Virus record (IMG/VR): IMGVR_UViG_3300023179_000033 | Location: 32,001 to 96,000 of that record | Direction: 5' to 3' (one strand) | Length of the DNA stretch: 64,000 bases | DNA from: a virus | Part shown: one piece after another, positions 18,859 through 27,648 of the stretch | Layout of the letters: each line of letters begins with the position of its first letter | Position numbering within the stretch: position 1 is the stretch's first letter | The notes under the pieces: generated by a model | The model's database searches: none | What the model saw: only the letters and a program-made list of their open reading frames with translations | Told to the model about the DNA's origin: nothing | Position numbers and translations under genes: made by a program

Positions 18859-21445
18859 TATTTTAGAAGATAAAAAGTTTTCCTCTAAATTTCAAGATTT
18901 AGATTTAGGCTTACATGGCGTAAGACTTCCAGAATTTAACATTGAATCTTCAACAAAACGACATCTTAACCTTAGCGAAGATGTTTCAAATTATGATTTC
19001 CTTAGAGCATTAGCTCTAAATGGATTTAAAGATCTAAAAATAGATAAAAGTCTACCAGAATATAAAAAATATGTAGATCGCGCAAAATATGAGTTAGAAA
19101 CATTAAAAGAATTAGGCTTTATTGATTATGTACTACTTGTTTGGGATGTTATTAATTTTTGTAAAACAAGTAATATTCCTGTTGGTTTAGGTAGAGGTTC
19201 TGCTGCAGGATCTTTAATCCTTTATCTCATTGGCGTAACAAGAATTGATCCAGTTAAATATAACCTTTATTTTGAAAGATTTATATCCAAGATTCGAGCT
19301 AAAAAGCAAGTTGTTAATGGGATAACCTATTTGGATGGTAGTTTAATGTGTGACGTAGATCTTGACATTTGTTATTACAATCGTCATAAAGTATTGGAAT
19401 ATCTTGAAAATAAATTTAAAGGTAAAACAAGTAAAATCTTAACTCTTAATACTCTTAGCGGAAAATTACTTATAAAAGAATGCGGTAAAATCGTAGGCGA
19501 AAAAACTGAAGAGGAAATGACTACAATATCTTCTTTAATTCCAAAAGTATTCGGACAAGTTAAAGATATTACAACTGCTTATAAAGAAATATCTAAATTC
19601 CAAGAATGGTGTGATGAAAACAAAGAGGTTTATGAGATAGCTTTAAAACTTAGAGATTTAATTAAAAATAAAGGCGTACATCCATCTGGAGTATTACTTT
19701 CATATGATGATTTAGAGAAAGTATGTCCAACAGAATTTTCTTCTGATAAAGAGCCTGTTTCAAGTTTTGATATGAATTGGGTAAGTTTATTTAATATTAA
19801 ACTAGATATTCTAGGCTTAAGAAGCGTCTCTGTCGTACATGACGTATGTAAAAATATAGGAATAAAAGTTGAAGATATTAATCTAAATGACGAATCAATC
19901 TACAGAAATCTTCAAGATCTAAAAACTCCACATGGATTATTTCAAATTGAAGCAGATACAAATTTTAAAGTATGTCAAAAAGTAAAACCAAAGAATCTAG
20001 AAGAACTTAGTGGCGTTCTTGCTCTAGCTAGACCGGGAGCACTTCAATTCGTAGATAAATATGCAAGATACACAAATACAGGAGAATACGAAAGTATTCA
20101 TCCATTCTTTGATGAGATCTTAAAACAAACTGGTGGAGTCGCACTTTATCAAGAGCAGTTGATGCAAATGGCGCACAAGATTGGATTTACTCTCGATGAA
20201 GCAGAAATCTTAAGAAGAATTGTAGGTAAGAAAAAGATTGAAGAAATTAAAGCATGGCAAAAGAAAATTGATGCAAAGATAAAACAAAGTAAATTACCAA
20301 AAGAAGTCGGAGATATTCTATGGAAGATTATGGAAGACTCTGCGAATTATTCATTTAATAAATCTCATTCACTTGCATACGCAGCTTTAGCCGCAGTTAC
20401 AATTTATCTTAAGTTTAATTATCCTCAACAATTCTTTTTATCCTTATTAAAAATGAGTAGAAATGAGCCAGATCCAATTGGTGAAATATCTAAAATCCAA
20501 AAAGAGATGCATGAATTTAAAATTGAACTTTTACCACCTCATATTATTAAATCAGACATGGACTTTTCAACAGAAGATACAAACATTCGTTTTGGTTTAC
20601 TATCTATTAAAGGAATTTCCGATAAATCAATAGAAAAATTAAATAGCTTTAGGAACAAATATTCTAATAAATTTGAAATATTTCAAGCCGCAGAAGAAGC
20701 AGATCTTAACATCGGAGTATTGTCCGCATTAATTCAAGCGGGCGCATTAAGTGGATTTAGTCAGTCTAGATCAAAGATTGTATTAGAAGCTCAACTCTGG
20801 AATATTCTTACATCTAAAGAAAAAAGATATGCAATTTCATTTGCTGAAAAATTTGATTATGATTTAATTAAAATTATTAAACATCTTAATCAATTTACTG
20901 ATGAAAAGAATCATACTGTCATTAAAGATAATAGATTAAAGACAATTAAGAATAAATATGATCCATATTTAAAAATCTATAATCAAAATAGTAAAAGTGA
21001 AAGTTTCGCTAATTGGTATTATGAAAAGAAGCTTCTAGGATATACATATAATAAATCTCTTAAAGAAATCTTTTCTGAAAAAAGAGAAAATTTAAATTAT
21101 GTTTCAGATATTACAGATATTCCAATAAATACTAAAATAGCATTTGTTGGTCAAATTGATGAAGTATTTTCTGGTGTATCCAAGAATGAAAAGAAAACAA
21201 GATATGTCCGTTTAAAAATATCAGATGAAACAGGATATATTAATGTTTTAATATTTAATGACAATATTGAAAACAATAAATTATTAAATAACAAGAATTT
21301 TGAAGAAGGTAATATTGTTATAGTAAAAGGGTTAAAAAGAGATGATTGTATATTCGGTGATCTAGTAGCAATTCAAGATCAACAAATCTATATGAAATTA
21401 AATGATTTAAAGAAAATAATTGACAACAATAATAATAAAGAATAA
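18839..21445 (+). CDS. dnaE: DNA polymerase III alpha catalytic core lacking the PHP domain
   Basis: RLPEF, GRGSAAGS, FERFI, CDVDLD, HPSG, KLDILGL, FQIE, YQEQ, YSFNKSH, HhH, C-terminal OB fold. Confidence 0.93.
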   Translation: MKENLNNILEDKKFSSKFQDLDLGLHGVRLPEFNIESSTKRHLNLSEDVSNYDFLRALALNGFKDLKIDKSLPEYKKYVDRAKYELETLKELGFIDYVLLVWDVINFCKTSNIPVGLGRGSAAGSLILYLIGVTRIDPVKYNLYFERFISKIRAKKQVVNGITYLDGSLMCDVDLDICYYNRHKVLEYLENKFKGKTSKILTLNTLSGKLLIKECGKIVGEKTEEEMTTISSLIPKVFGQVKDITTAYKEISKFQEWCDENKEVYEIALKLRDLIKNKGVHPSGVLLSYDDLEKVCPTEFSSDKEPVSSFDMNWVSLFNIKLDILGLRSVSVVHDVCKNIGIKVEDINLNDESIYRNLQDLKTPHGLFQIEADTNFKVCQKVKPKNLEELSGVLALARPGALQFVDKYARYTNTGEYESIHPFFDEILKQTGGVALYQEQLMQMAHKIGFTLDEAEILRRIVGKKKIEEIKAWQKKIDAKIKQSKLPKEVGDILWKIMEDSANYSFNKSHSLAYAALAAVTIYLKFNYPQQFFLSLLKMSRNEPDPIGEISKIQKEMHEFKIELLPPHIIKSDMDFSTEDTNIRFGLLSIKGISDKSIEKLNSFRNKYSNKFEIFQAAEEADLNIGVLSALIQAGALSGFSQSRSKIVLEAQLWNILTSKEKRYAISFAEKFDYDLIKIIKHLNQFTDEKNHTVIKDNRLKTIKNKYDPYLKIYNQNSKSESFANWYYEKKLLGYTYNKSLKEIFSEKRENLNYVSDITDIPINTKIAFVGQIDEVFSGVSKNEKKTRYVRLKISDETGYINVLIFNDNIENNKLLNNKNFEEGNIVIVKGLKRDDCIFGDLVAIQDQQIYMKLNDLKKIIDNNNNKE

Positions 21446-21448
21446 TAT
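21420..21448 (+). promoter_or_regulatory. sigma70 promoter, leaderless
   Basis: TTGACA(21420)-N17-TAATAT(21443-21448); ATG at 21455. Confidence 0.7.
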
Positions 21449-21454
21449 ACTTAT

Positions 21455-21997
21455 ATGATATCATTTTATAAACCAAATAGTAAAAATACAGGTACAGCTT
21501 GTAGTTTCAGCGTAAATTCAAAAGAAGGATCAGTATGGAGTTCATTAATTAAGCAAAGTTCTTGGAATGAATCTACAAAAACTGGCTCATTCTCTGATAA
21601 TAAAGATAATCCACAAAAAAGTGCAAGGATTAAGTTTTCACAAACAGAAGTTGCAGGTCTACTAGAAACTCTCGATAAAAATACTGAGTTTTCTGCATAT
21701 CATTCTTCAGATAAACAAATAACTAAAATTAAATTTGCACCTTATATTAAAGATGATAAGCAAGTTGGCTTTTCTTATAGCGTTCATAAAGAACAAAAAG
21801 ATAATATCGAAAATAAGCAATCATTTTTGCTTGGTTTTTATTTTAACGAAGCTAGACTTTTGAAAGAATTTTTAACTCATTCATTGCATTCTATCTTCAA
21901 ATCACAAGAAGTAGAAGCAATTAAAAAGATTAAAAATTCAAAACAGAATCAAGTATCAAATAAAAATAGCGCCGAAGAAGATGGCGAACTTTGGTAA
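21455..21997 (+). CDS. putative ssDNA-binding protein, Whirly/PC4-like
   Basis: ISFYK, IKFSQTEVAGLL, SAYH and a second strands-plus-helix repeat; acidic tail EEDGELW; directly follows dnaE. Confidence 0.55.
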   Translation: MISFYKPNSKNTGTACSFSVNSKEGSVWSSLIKQSSWNESTKTGSFSDNKDNPQKSARIKFSQTEVAGLLETLDKNTEFSAYHSSDKQITKIKFAPYIKDDKQVGFSYSVHKEQKDNIENKQSFLLGFYFNEARLLKEFLTHSLHSIFKSQEVEAIKKIKNSKQNQVSNKNSAEEDGELW

Positions 21998-21999
21998 TT

Positions 22000-23931
22000 G
22001 TGTCTCGAAAAAAGAAAATAGTTTATCAATCTGATTTTGCTCTTGCCAAAACTGGATTTGGTAGAGCAGCAAAAGCGCTTTTAACTTTTCTTTATAAGAC
22101 AGGTAAATATGATATTGTTCATTATTGTTGCGGGATGCAGTATTCAAATCCAGAACTTAAAAAAACTCCTTGGAAATCAGTAGGTTCATTACCAGATAAT
22201 CCGCAAGAGATCGAACAGTTAAATAAAGATCCTAATGTAGCTAGATTAGCAAGTTATGGCGCGCATTACTTGGATAGAATCATTCAAGAAGAAAAACCAG
22301 ATGTTTATATTGCAGTTCAAGATATTTGGGGAATTGATTTTGCTATTGATAAAAAGTGGTTTAATAAAATTTCATCTGTGCTTTGGACTACTTTAGATTC
22401 ACTTCCAATTTTACCTACAGCAGTAGAAAAAGCTCCAAAAATTAAAAATTATTGGATTTGGAGTGATTTCGCTACGCAAGCATTACATAAATTAGGACAT
22501 AATCATGTTGAAACTATGCATGGTCCAATTGAGGCATCTAGTTTTTTTAGACTAGAAAATTCAGAAAGAGATAATCTTAGAAAAAAATTTAATATTCCTT
22601 TAGATGCATTTATCGTTGGATTTGTATTTAGAAATCAATTAAGAAAAAGTGTTCCAAACCTGCTTGAAGGATATGCTCTTTGGAAGAGATCAAATCCACA
22701 AATTAAAAATACATTTTTATTATTACATACTCATTGGAGTGAAGGATGGAATATCCATAAATTAGCTAAAGAATATGATATTGATCTAAGAGAAATTTTA
22801 ACTACATATATATGTAAAAATTGTGGAAATTATGAAATTAAACCTTTTCATGGACAAGATGTAGATTGTAGATTCTGTGGCAGTCAAAAGAGTCAATTAA
22901 CAACAAATGTAGGAATTGGAGTTACTGAAGAACAATTAAATGAAGTTTATAATTTAATGGATGTTTATTGTCATCCATTTACAAGTGGTGGACAAGAAAT
23001 ACCAATTCAAGAAGCAAAACTAACTGAATTAATCACCCTAGTAACGAATTATAGTTGTGGAGAAGAAATGTGTACCGAAGGAGCAGGAACTCTTGAATTA
23101 GAATGGAGCGAATATAGAGAACATGGCACAGAATTTATTAAGGCTTCTACAAAACCAAACTCTATAGCAAAACAATTAAATAAAGTTTATAATTTACCAA
23201 TACAAAAAAGAAGAGATATGGGCAAACAAGCAAGAGAGTGGACGATAGAAAATTTCTCTGTAGAAAAAGTAGGTCAAAAAATTAGCGAGTTTATTGATAA
23301 TTGCCCATTTACAGACTATGACTTTTCTTTGCAAGAAGAAGAAAAGAATCCATTTTGTCAAATCCCAGAGATTAAAAATGATGCAGAATGGCTAACATTT
23401 ATGTATCATAATATTCTTAGGATGAAAGATGTAGATAATAATGACGATGGACACAAATACTGGATGAATGAAATTTCAAAAGGTGCAAAACGTCAGGATA
23501 TTGAAAATTACTTTAGACAAGTTGCTACTCAAGAGAATCAAAAAAATAAAAAAATTGATTTTGTAGACCTACTTGATAAAGATGACGAAGGCAAAAGAAT
23601 TTTATATGTTATGCCAGAGAGCATTGGAGATATTTATATCTCAACTGCACTTTTTGAGAATATTAAAAAACAATATCCTAACCATAATTTATATGTTGCA
23701 ACAAAACCAGAATACTTTGAAATTTTGCAAGGAAATCCATATATACATAAACTATTACAATATATGCCACAGATGGATCAATTACTTTGGCTTGAAGGAG
23801 TAGGTGATCATAAAGGCTATTTTGAAGTAGCGTTTCTTCCACACGCAGGAACGCAAAGATTTCTTGATTATTTACATAATGGTAAAACTAATATACAATT
23901 TGATATAAAGGATCAACATGCATTTAATTGA
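22000..23931 (+). CDS. GT4-like glycosyltransferase with a Cys4 insertion, a DUF4214-like domain and a C-terminal GT9 N-domain
   Basis: TGFGR, FIVGFVFRNQLRK, YNLMDVYCHP..GGQEIPIQEA; CKNC..CRFC; MYHNILR..D.DG.KYW; ESIGDIYIST..IKKQYP..EILQGNPYI. Start is GTG 22000 or TTG 21991. Confidence 0.8.
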   Translation: MSRKKKIVYQSDFALAKTGFGRAAKALLTFLYKTGKYDIVHYCCGMQYSNPELKKTPWKSVGSLPDNPQEIEQLNKDPNVARLASYGAHYLDRIIQEEKPDVYIAVQDIWGIDFAIDKKWFNKISSVLWTTLDSLPILPTAVEKAPKIKNYWIWSDFATQALHKLGHNHVETMHGPIEASSFFRLENSERDNLRKKFNIPLDAFIVGFVFRNQLRKSVPNLLEGYALWKRSNPQIKNTFLLLHTHWSEGWNIHKLAKEYDIDLREILTTYICKNCGNYEIKPFHGQDVDCRFCGSQKSQLTTNVGIGVTEEQLNEVYNLMDVYCHPFTSGGQEIPIQEAKLTELITLVTNYSCGEEMCTEGAGTLELEWSEYREHGTEFIKASTKPNSIAKQLNKVYNLPIQKRRDMGKQAREWTIENFSVEKVGQKISEFIDNCPFTDYDFSLQEEEKNPFCQIPEIKNDAEWLTFMYHNILRMKDVDNNDDGHKYWMNEISKGAKRQDIENYFRQVATQENQKNKKIDFVDLLDKDDEGKRILYVMPESIGDIYISTALFENIKKQYPNHNLYVATKPEYFEILQGNPYIHKLLQYMPQMDQLLWLEGVGDHKGYFEVAFLPHAGTQRFLDYLHNGKTNIQFDIKDQHAFN

Positions 23932-25060
23932 AAGATATGCAGCTTCTTGCGGCGTTAAGATAGGTAAACCATATATCTATGATACTTATTTCCCCTTAAC
24001 TGCAGAAAAATATATATCATTTCAACCATTTAGTAAGTATCCATCAAAGAATTATGATTATTGGGATGAAGTTATTGCTATTCTTCATCCATTTTTACAA
24101 AAAGAAAATATCCAACTTGTTCAGATTGGCGCAAAAGATGATAAAGCAATTAATAACACAATTAATCTATGCGGTCAAACAAAAATTTCTCAAGCTGCTT
24201 ATATAATAAAAAATGGATTAATGCACCTTGGCGCGGATAGTTTTGCTTCTCATATTGCTTCTGGATATGGCAAAAAAATTGTAGCATTATATTCAAATAA
24301 TAATATTAATAATGTAAAACCATACTGGACAAAACCAGAAGATATGATCTTACTAGAACCAAAATTAAATAAAAAGCCCCAATATTCAGTAAATGAAATA
24401 CCTAAAAGTATTAATAATATTAAACCCGAAGCAATTGCTGAAGCTATTCTTAAATTACTTAATATTAAATATGAAAATCTTCCAGAAACAAAATATATTG
24501 GACCAGAATATATAAATAAAACATTTGAAATAATTCCAGATAAACCTTTAAATATATCTCAAATACCTATAGATCCAATTGTAGTACGAATGGATTACTT
24601 CTTTAATGAGCAAGTATTAGAATTTTATCTTCAACATAAAAAATGCATTATATTCACAAACAAACCAATAAATGAACAATTATTGAAAAAATACAAAACA
24701 AATATACCTCAATTAGTTTATATTATTGAAAAAGACAATGATCCATCATTCGCTAAAACGTTAAAAAATAATACAATAAACGCTGGATTTATATCTTATT
24801 TACCAGAACAGGAGCTTAATCTATTTAAATTAAATTATATGGATTATGGATTAATTGCCAGAAGAGATTATCCTACAGATAAAATTAATTTTAATGATAA
24901 AACTTATTATAAATCATCAAGAATAATACTATCTTCTGAAGGTCAATTTAATACTAAATATCAATGGGTTACAAAAGATCTTTCTAATAAGTATAAAAAT
25001 GAAGAACTCTTAAACCAAGAACTACATAATTTCTACATATTTTCACTTGACCAGAAATAA
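23918..25060 (+). CDS. GT9 (heptosyltransferase-like) C-terminal domain protein
   Basis: HLIERY, SKNYDYW, LVQIG, NLCGQT.I.Q, HLGADSFASHIA..GKKIVALY; AAGGA 5 nt upstream of the ATG. Confidence 0.8.
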   Translation: MHLIERYAASCGVKIGKPYIYDTYFPLTAEKYISFQPFSKYPSKNYDYWDEVIAILHPFLQKENIQLVQIGAKDDKAINNTINLCGQTKISQAAYIIKNGLMHLGADSFASHIASGYGKKIVALYSNNNINNVKPYWTKPEDMILLEPKLNKKPQYSVNEIPKSINNIKPEAIAEAILKLLNIKYENLPETKYIGPEYINKTFEIIPDKPLNISQIPIDPIVVRMDYFFNEQVLEFYLQHKKCIIFTNKPINEQLLKKYKTNIPQLVYIIEKDNDPSFAKTLKNNTINAGFISYLPEQELNLFKLNYMDYGLIARRDYPTDKINFNDKTYYKSSRIILSSEGQFNTKYQWVTKDLSNKYKNEELLNQELHNFYIFSLDQK

Positions 25061-25075
25061 AAACTATAGTAAGAT
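25047..25075 (+). promoter_or_regulatory. sigma70 promoter, near-leaderless
   Basis: TTGACC(25047)-N17-TAAGAT(25070-25075); ATG at 25083. Confidence 0.65.
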
Positions 25076-25082
25076 TTATAAA

Positions 25083-25895
25083 ATGAGTTTAAAATTAAAA
25101 CAAAATCAAGAAACAATTTCTATTGGAAGCTCTGAATTAGTAGAAAATCCAAGTATATTTTCAGGAATCCCAGTTGAAGAACAAAAGCAAGATTTGCAAG
25201 TTCCACCAAATATCATCACAAGAAACCAATATGGTCTTTTAGAAAATGCAAGTATTAAATATATATATAATGATGATGGAACAATCAATTGGCGTAAAAT
25301 GGTAAAGACGGAGTATCTTGTGCCTAATCGTCAAAAGACACAAGAAATAGATGTTTCTAAATTAGAAGATAAAGATTTATTAATCCTCTTGGGCGGAATC
25401 AAAGAATTAGCTCAAATTCGTGGATATACAACTGTAGAATATAAAGTAGTTGCCGCCACAGAAAATTATTTCGCTACAAGCTGTAGGATAACTTGGATTC
25501 CTAACTATGAAACAAATGGCAAGGAAATTGTATTTGAATCTCTTGCAGATGCCACAACAAATAATACTAAATCTTTTGCTCGATTCTTTCTTGCTGCGAT
25601 AGCAGAAAATAGAGCATTTGTTCGTTGTGTTCGTAATTTCTTAAAAATTAATATTGTATCTCAAGAAGAGCTTGGTGATGCTAAATTGCTTGATGAGGCA
25701 GTTTCATCTCAAGAAAATCCCACTTCACCACATGCATTACTTGAAAAAGTCATGAAAGATAAGGGAATTACTTTTGAAATTTTAAAGAAAAAATTAATAA
25801 AAGAAAAAATTGATAATGCTGAAAATATTAATGCTGTAACCGATATACCTAAAAGTAAAATATTTGAATTAATAGAAAGAATTAAAAAGATTTAA
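25083..25895 (+). CDS. putative single-strand annealing protein (Rad52/ERF/RecT-like)
   Basis: LLGGIKELA, LADAT..N, IAENRAFVRCVRNFLKI helix; start moved to ATG 25083. Confidence 0.55.
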   Translation: MSLKLKQNQETISIGSSELVENPSIFSGIPVEEQKQDLQVPPNIITRNQYGLLENASIKYIYNDDGTINWRKMVKTEYLVPNRQKTQEIDVSKLEDKDLLILLGGIKELAQIRGYTTVEYKVVAATENYFATSCRITWIPNYETNGKEIVFESLADATTNNTKSFARFFLAAIAENRAFVRCVRNFLKINIVSQEELGDAKLLDEAVSSQENPTSPHALLEKVMKDKGITFEILKKKLIKEKIDNAENINAVTDIPKSKIFELIERIKKI

Positions 25896-25897
25896 TA

Positions 25898-26671
25898 TTA
25901 AGCTAATGGTTTCTTAGAGTTAGGTTGCCAATTTAGAAATATAGATAGATTACCATTCTTGTTATCTAAAGCTTGTACTGCGACAAAATCTGCGGGGACA
26001 TCATATCCAGCAAATTTTATCTTCGCAGTTCCATTAAAATTTATCCCATTTTCTCCTACTCTTGAATCTAAATTTCCTAAACCTTCCCAAGTTGCACGAA
26101 TATAGTTCCCACCAAATGTTAAGTTAGGCCAAACAGTTAAAGTATTTGGGTCAAGATATGAAAGGCCTAAACCAAAAGCTACACTAAAAGATCTTGAAAA
26201 TTCTAAATTGTAATCGTAAAAATTAGTAGGATATTCTTGTCCGGGACAAATTACTTGTTTTTCTGTTGCACCGCCCGGATCAATTCCATCATTCTGTATT
26301 TTATAAATACTTGTACCATTTGCTTCTAGATCAGGATATAAAGGTAATGAATTTAAAATAGTATCTTCATACGCGGGCGAAGATACTACAACATCTGTTG
26401 ATAATGGAGTAGTTGTTGTATCATTATTTGGACAAGCTTCATTCTCAAAAGTTGTCCATTCACCAACTTCAGTTACATTTAAAGTCCAATTTGTTGCTAT
26501 ATTTTTTAAAAAATAAAACTTATTTAAAGGCATTGAAAATGATTTCCTTGCGCTCCAATAGATATTTAAATTTTCATCTGTTATACCTTGTATCTTTTCA
26601 CTATCAGGTATAGCGTCTGGAATTGGACCTAAACGAAAGAAACCAAAAGGAGAATAAATTATATTACTCAT
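25898..26671 (-). CDS. hypothetical protein, probably tail tip or receptor-binding; last gene of the virion arm
   Basis: Beta-strand-rich composition and position. Confidence 0.5.
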   Translation of the reverse strand: MSNIIYSPFGFFRLGPIPDAIPDSEKIQGITDENLNIYWSARKSFSMPLNKFYFLKNIATNWTLNVTEVGEWTTFENEACPNNDTTTTPLSTDVVVSSPAYEDTILNSLPLYPDLEANGTSIYKIQNDGIDPGGATEKQVICPGQEYPTNFYDYNLEFSRSFSVAFGLGLSYLDPNTLTVWPNLTFGGNYIRATWEGLGNLDSRVGENGINFNGTAKIKFAGYDVPADFVAVQALDNKNGNLSIFLNWQPNSKKPLA

Positions 26672-27123
26672 ACATACATGCGTCCAACATCTATTGCCTG
26701 AAACCCTACAGACGCCCCTCCTAATATTGTCATTAAATGATAAACAATATTATTAGATGTAGTAAAATATGTTATTCCATTTATTGTAGTAATATAAAAA
26801 CCTCCAATAAATATTATTTTTGTTAGAAGTTTATACCGATTATCAATGATAGATATTTCATCTGAAGGTAATGAGGTTGAAACTTTTATCTCTGCGCTTA
26901 TAATCGTTACATTTTTAGCCACATTGCATTCTAAGTAAACATTATTTAAAATATCTTTTGTATAAGATAAATTTTTACCAATATTTTTTATATTCACTGG
27001 TGTTCCTGTATATGAATCATATAGAATAGACGAAGGTTCTATGCTGATCCCTTGGCCATTATAAAAAATTTTAAATGGATGCGTATTGGTTAAATTTTCA
27101 AATGATGGATATAAAGTACTCAT
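26668..27123 (-). CDS. small tail-tip protein, paralog 3
   Basis: HPFKI; ILYDSY, VYLECNV..IISAEIK shared with the neighbouring genes. Confidence 0.55.
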   Translation of the reverse strand: MSTLYPSFENLTNTHPFKIFYNGQGISIEPSSILYDSYTGTPVNIKNIGKNLSYTKDILNNVYLECNVAKNVTIISAEIKVSTSLPSDEISIIDNRYKLLTKIIFIGGFYITTINGITYFTTSNNIVYHLMTILGGASVGFQAIDVGRMYV

Positions 27124-27125
27124 AT

Positions 27126-27647
27126 TTATTCAATTGTACTCGTAATTCCAAGATATACAATTGGTGAACCATTTGCGAGTGCAAAAAAAGTCCTAATAAT
27201 TGAATATCCTGTACCTATAAATGTATAATTAGTTATACTGCAATCCTTATTAGATACATCTTCAATAAATGGTCTGGACATAGATTTTCTTCCTCCTTGT
27301 CCAATCAAAGCTAATAAAGCTCTGACTTTAGATTGAGTAAATCCTTCCGCTCCATCAGATCCCTCTATACTAGGTAAAAAAACAGAAGATCCTTTTATAG
27401 ATGCACTCGTTATTTGAAAAGATTGATTAATATCACACTCTAAATAAACATAAAATTTAGAATCAACACTATTTAAATTTGCATTAATTTTTTGACTTTT
27501 ATTTGCATCTGTTATATTCGTAATATGTTTTCTTTGAACAGAATCATAAATAATACAATTATCAACATAGAAATAAAAATCATTTCCTTTTTTAGAAATA
27601 TCTACAAGATATAATTGATTTGGTTGTTTTTCAAAAATATTTGTCAT
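27126..27647 (-). CDS. small tail-tip protein, paralog 2
   Basis: IIYDSV, VYLECDI..ITSASIK. Confidence 0.55.
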   Translation of the reverse strand: MTNIFEKQPNQLYLVDISKKGNDFYFYVDNCIIYDSVQRKHITNITDANKSQKINANLNSVDSKFYVYLECDINQSFQITSASIKGSSVFLPSIEGSDGAEGFTQSKVRALLALIGQGGRKSMSRPFIEDVSNKDCSITNYTFIGTGYSIIRTFFALANGSPIVYLGITSTIE

Positions 27648-27648
27648 T

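Noticed and set aside
17900-18900. Trans-splicing split intein joining the DnaE pieces
   Set aside because: No Cys/Ser-initiated IntN block and no HN-terminated IntC block at any junction.
23900-23931. Ribosomal frameshift fusing the two GT9 halves
   Set aside because: No slippery sequence, and the second ORF has its own AAGGA and ATG.
22000-23931. T4-like DNA glucosylation as the role of the GT4
   Set aside because: Not excluded, but no hydroxymethylase or base-modifying partner is visible in the window and ThyX looks canonical, so it is kept only as an alternative.
25892-25901. TTAATATTAA palindrome at the junction of the two arms
   Set aside because: It is simply two convergent TAA stop codons 2 nt apart, with no stable hairpin.
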